DNA of 64,000 nucleotides. Origin: Prochlorococcus sp. AG-424-M03 (lineage in GTDB: Bacteria; Cyanobacteriota; Cyanobacteriia; PCC-6307; Cyanobiaceae). A model generated the notes under the pieces. It was given only the letters and a program-made list of their open reading frames with translations, was not told where the DNA came from and ran no database searches. Shown in pieces: positions 63,030 through 64,000 of the stretch. The stretch is from positions 22,196 through 86,195 of the forward strand of contig QCNH01000001.1 in assembly GCA_003213275.1 (NCBI GenBank). Reading direction: 5' to 3'. Both the position numbers and the translations under genes were made by a program. How positions within the stretch are numbered: the stretch's first letter is position 1; the number at the start of each line of letters is the position of its first letter.

Positions 63030-63250
63030 TTGAATTTCATTAGAGAAAATTATCAATCCCATTTTATGACTTTGCTTCATCTCCAATTTTAATTATTGGT
63101 GCCTTTGGAATTGCAGTAGCAATACTAATCTTTTTTGTCGTATATCAAAAATATTTCAATTCGCCTTTTTAACAAAGAGCCTTCAGACAAAAAATCCTTC
63201 ACTAAGGAACGAAAAGAATTAAATTAAAGATTAGAAAAAATAAAATTTAA
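63030..63250 (+). pseudogene. possible frameshifted small membrane-protein gene
   Basis: TM-coding frame YDFASSPILIIGAFGIAVAILIFFVVYQKYFNSPF (63065-63172) has no in-frame start; T-runs at both ends suggest slippage. Confidence 0.35.
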
Positions 63251-63345
63251 AAAATTTATAAAAAATTACTTCTATGAAAATGACTTAATGATCTCGAATT
63301 CAAGACCTTAATCTTTCAAACGGAAATTCTGGTCTATAACGAATT

Positions 63346-63501
63346 ATGGATAAAGATCATCTTATTGAGTTAATTTCTAATAGCCTTCTTTACGAGAGTA
63401 AAGATTCTGAATCAACTAAGAATCTTAGTGATTTTAAGAATTACCTAGAGAGATTAAATCTAGATCAATTGAGAACTATGTCTAAAGAATTTATTCTTTA
63501 G
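63346..63501 (+). CDS. 51-aa hypothetical microprotein (not in the ORF track)
   Basis: MDKDHLIELISNSLLYESKDSESTKNLSDFKNYLERLNLDQLRTMSKEFIL. Confidence 0.6.
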   Translation: MDKDHLIELISNSLLYESKDSESTKNLSDFKNYLERLNLDQLRTMSKEFIL

Positions 63502-63583
63502 TAGAATATATTAATATTGGTTTTATTTAGTTAATAATAAATACTTTTAAAATTTGTTATCTTCATTAAACAATCATGGAAAT

Positions 63584-64000
63584 ATGCTAAAAGTAAATAG
63601 AAGTGATTTTTTAATCAAGCCATTTATAAAAAGAGATAATTTTAGAGCTTTCTATCAAATTATTTCTACCATAATCCCAATAATTTCTCTTTGGTTAATT
63701 GTTTACCAAATAATAAATCATCCTTTTTCATTATTAATAAAAGGATTCTTATTGATACCTATTGTTTGTCTTCTAACGCTTTTCTCTTCTAGAACATTCT
63801 CATTAATGCATGATTGCGGTCATAATTCTCTTTTTACAAAGCGTAAATTAAATCGTTCTTTTGGATTTTTACTTGGTTTAGTAAATGGTATTCCCCAGAA
63901 ATCATGGTCAATTGATCATGCATTTCATCATAGAAATAATGGGAATTGGGAAATTTACAAAGGTCCTATCGATGTTTTAAGTCTCGAAGATTATAATTCT
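63584..64000 (+). CDS. membrane fatty acid desaturase, 5' part (runs off the window)
   Basis: open frame from ATG 63584 with TM segments and the His boxes HDCGH and HAFHH. Confidence 0.9.
   Translation, partial: MLKVNRSDFLIKPFIKRDNFRAFYQIISTIIPIISLWLIVYQIINHPFSLLIKGFLLIPIVCLLTLFSSRTFSLMHDCGHNSLFTKRKLNRSFGFLLGLVNGIPQKSWSIDHAFHHRNNGNWEIYKGPIDVLSLEDYNS

Noticed and set aside
46455-64000. Integrative element at tRNA-Val
   Set aside because: No integrase or transposase, and I found no duplicate of the tRNA 3' end in the window; core murD sits inside the block.
1-64000. CRISPR array, rRNA, IS elements
   Set aside because: No regularly spaced repeats, rRNA-like sequence or terminal inverted repeats flanking a transposase were seen.

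Overview
AT-rich (~30% GC by eye) chromosomal segment of a high-light-type Prochlorococcus, inferred from gene content and order: kaiB-kaiC with no kaiA, no psbV at the rnz-petF locus, nblS, an hli gene and a truncated LigA-like ORF. Bases 1-46.3 kb are mostly core genes: ddl-ftsQ-ftsZ, SRP RNA, panB, hemW, clpR/clpP, ilvC, cbiB, HU, glgX, tRNA-Gly, plsY, pyrF, tyrS, pepA, msrA, lpxB-lpxA-fabZ-lpxC-bamA, purC/purD, nblS, kaiCB, rplU-rpmA, truB, rnz, petF, prmA and serA. From tRNA-Val(GAC) at 46.4 kb to the end the region is accessory-like: redox and stress genes, an inverted-domain photolyase, a stand-alone NAD-ligase adenylation domain, murD, a GAF protein, many unannotated microproteins, and a desaturase cut by the window edge. 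No integrase, transposase or CRISPR array was seen. Best leads: (1) the pentapeptide-repeat gene at the former psbV position appears to carry a PsbV-like signal peptide; (2) a strand-polarised, mostly intergenic TGCCTAA motif; (3) a divergent pair of non-canonical DNA-repair genes; (4) tRNA-Val with C33; (5) unannotated paralogous small-protein families. All comparisons with other genomes are from recall and need database checks.
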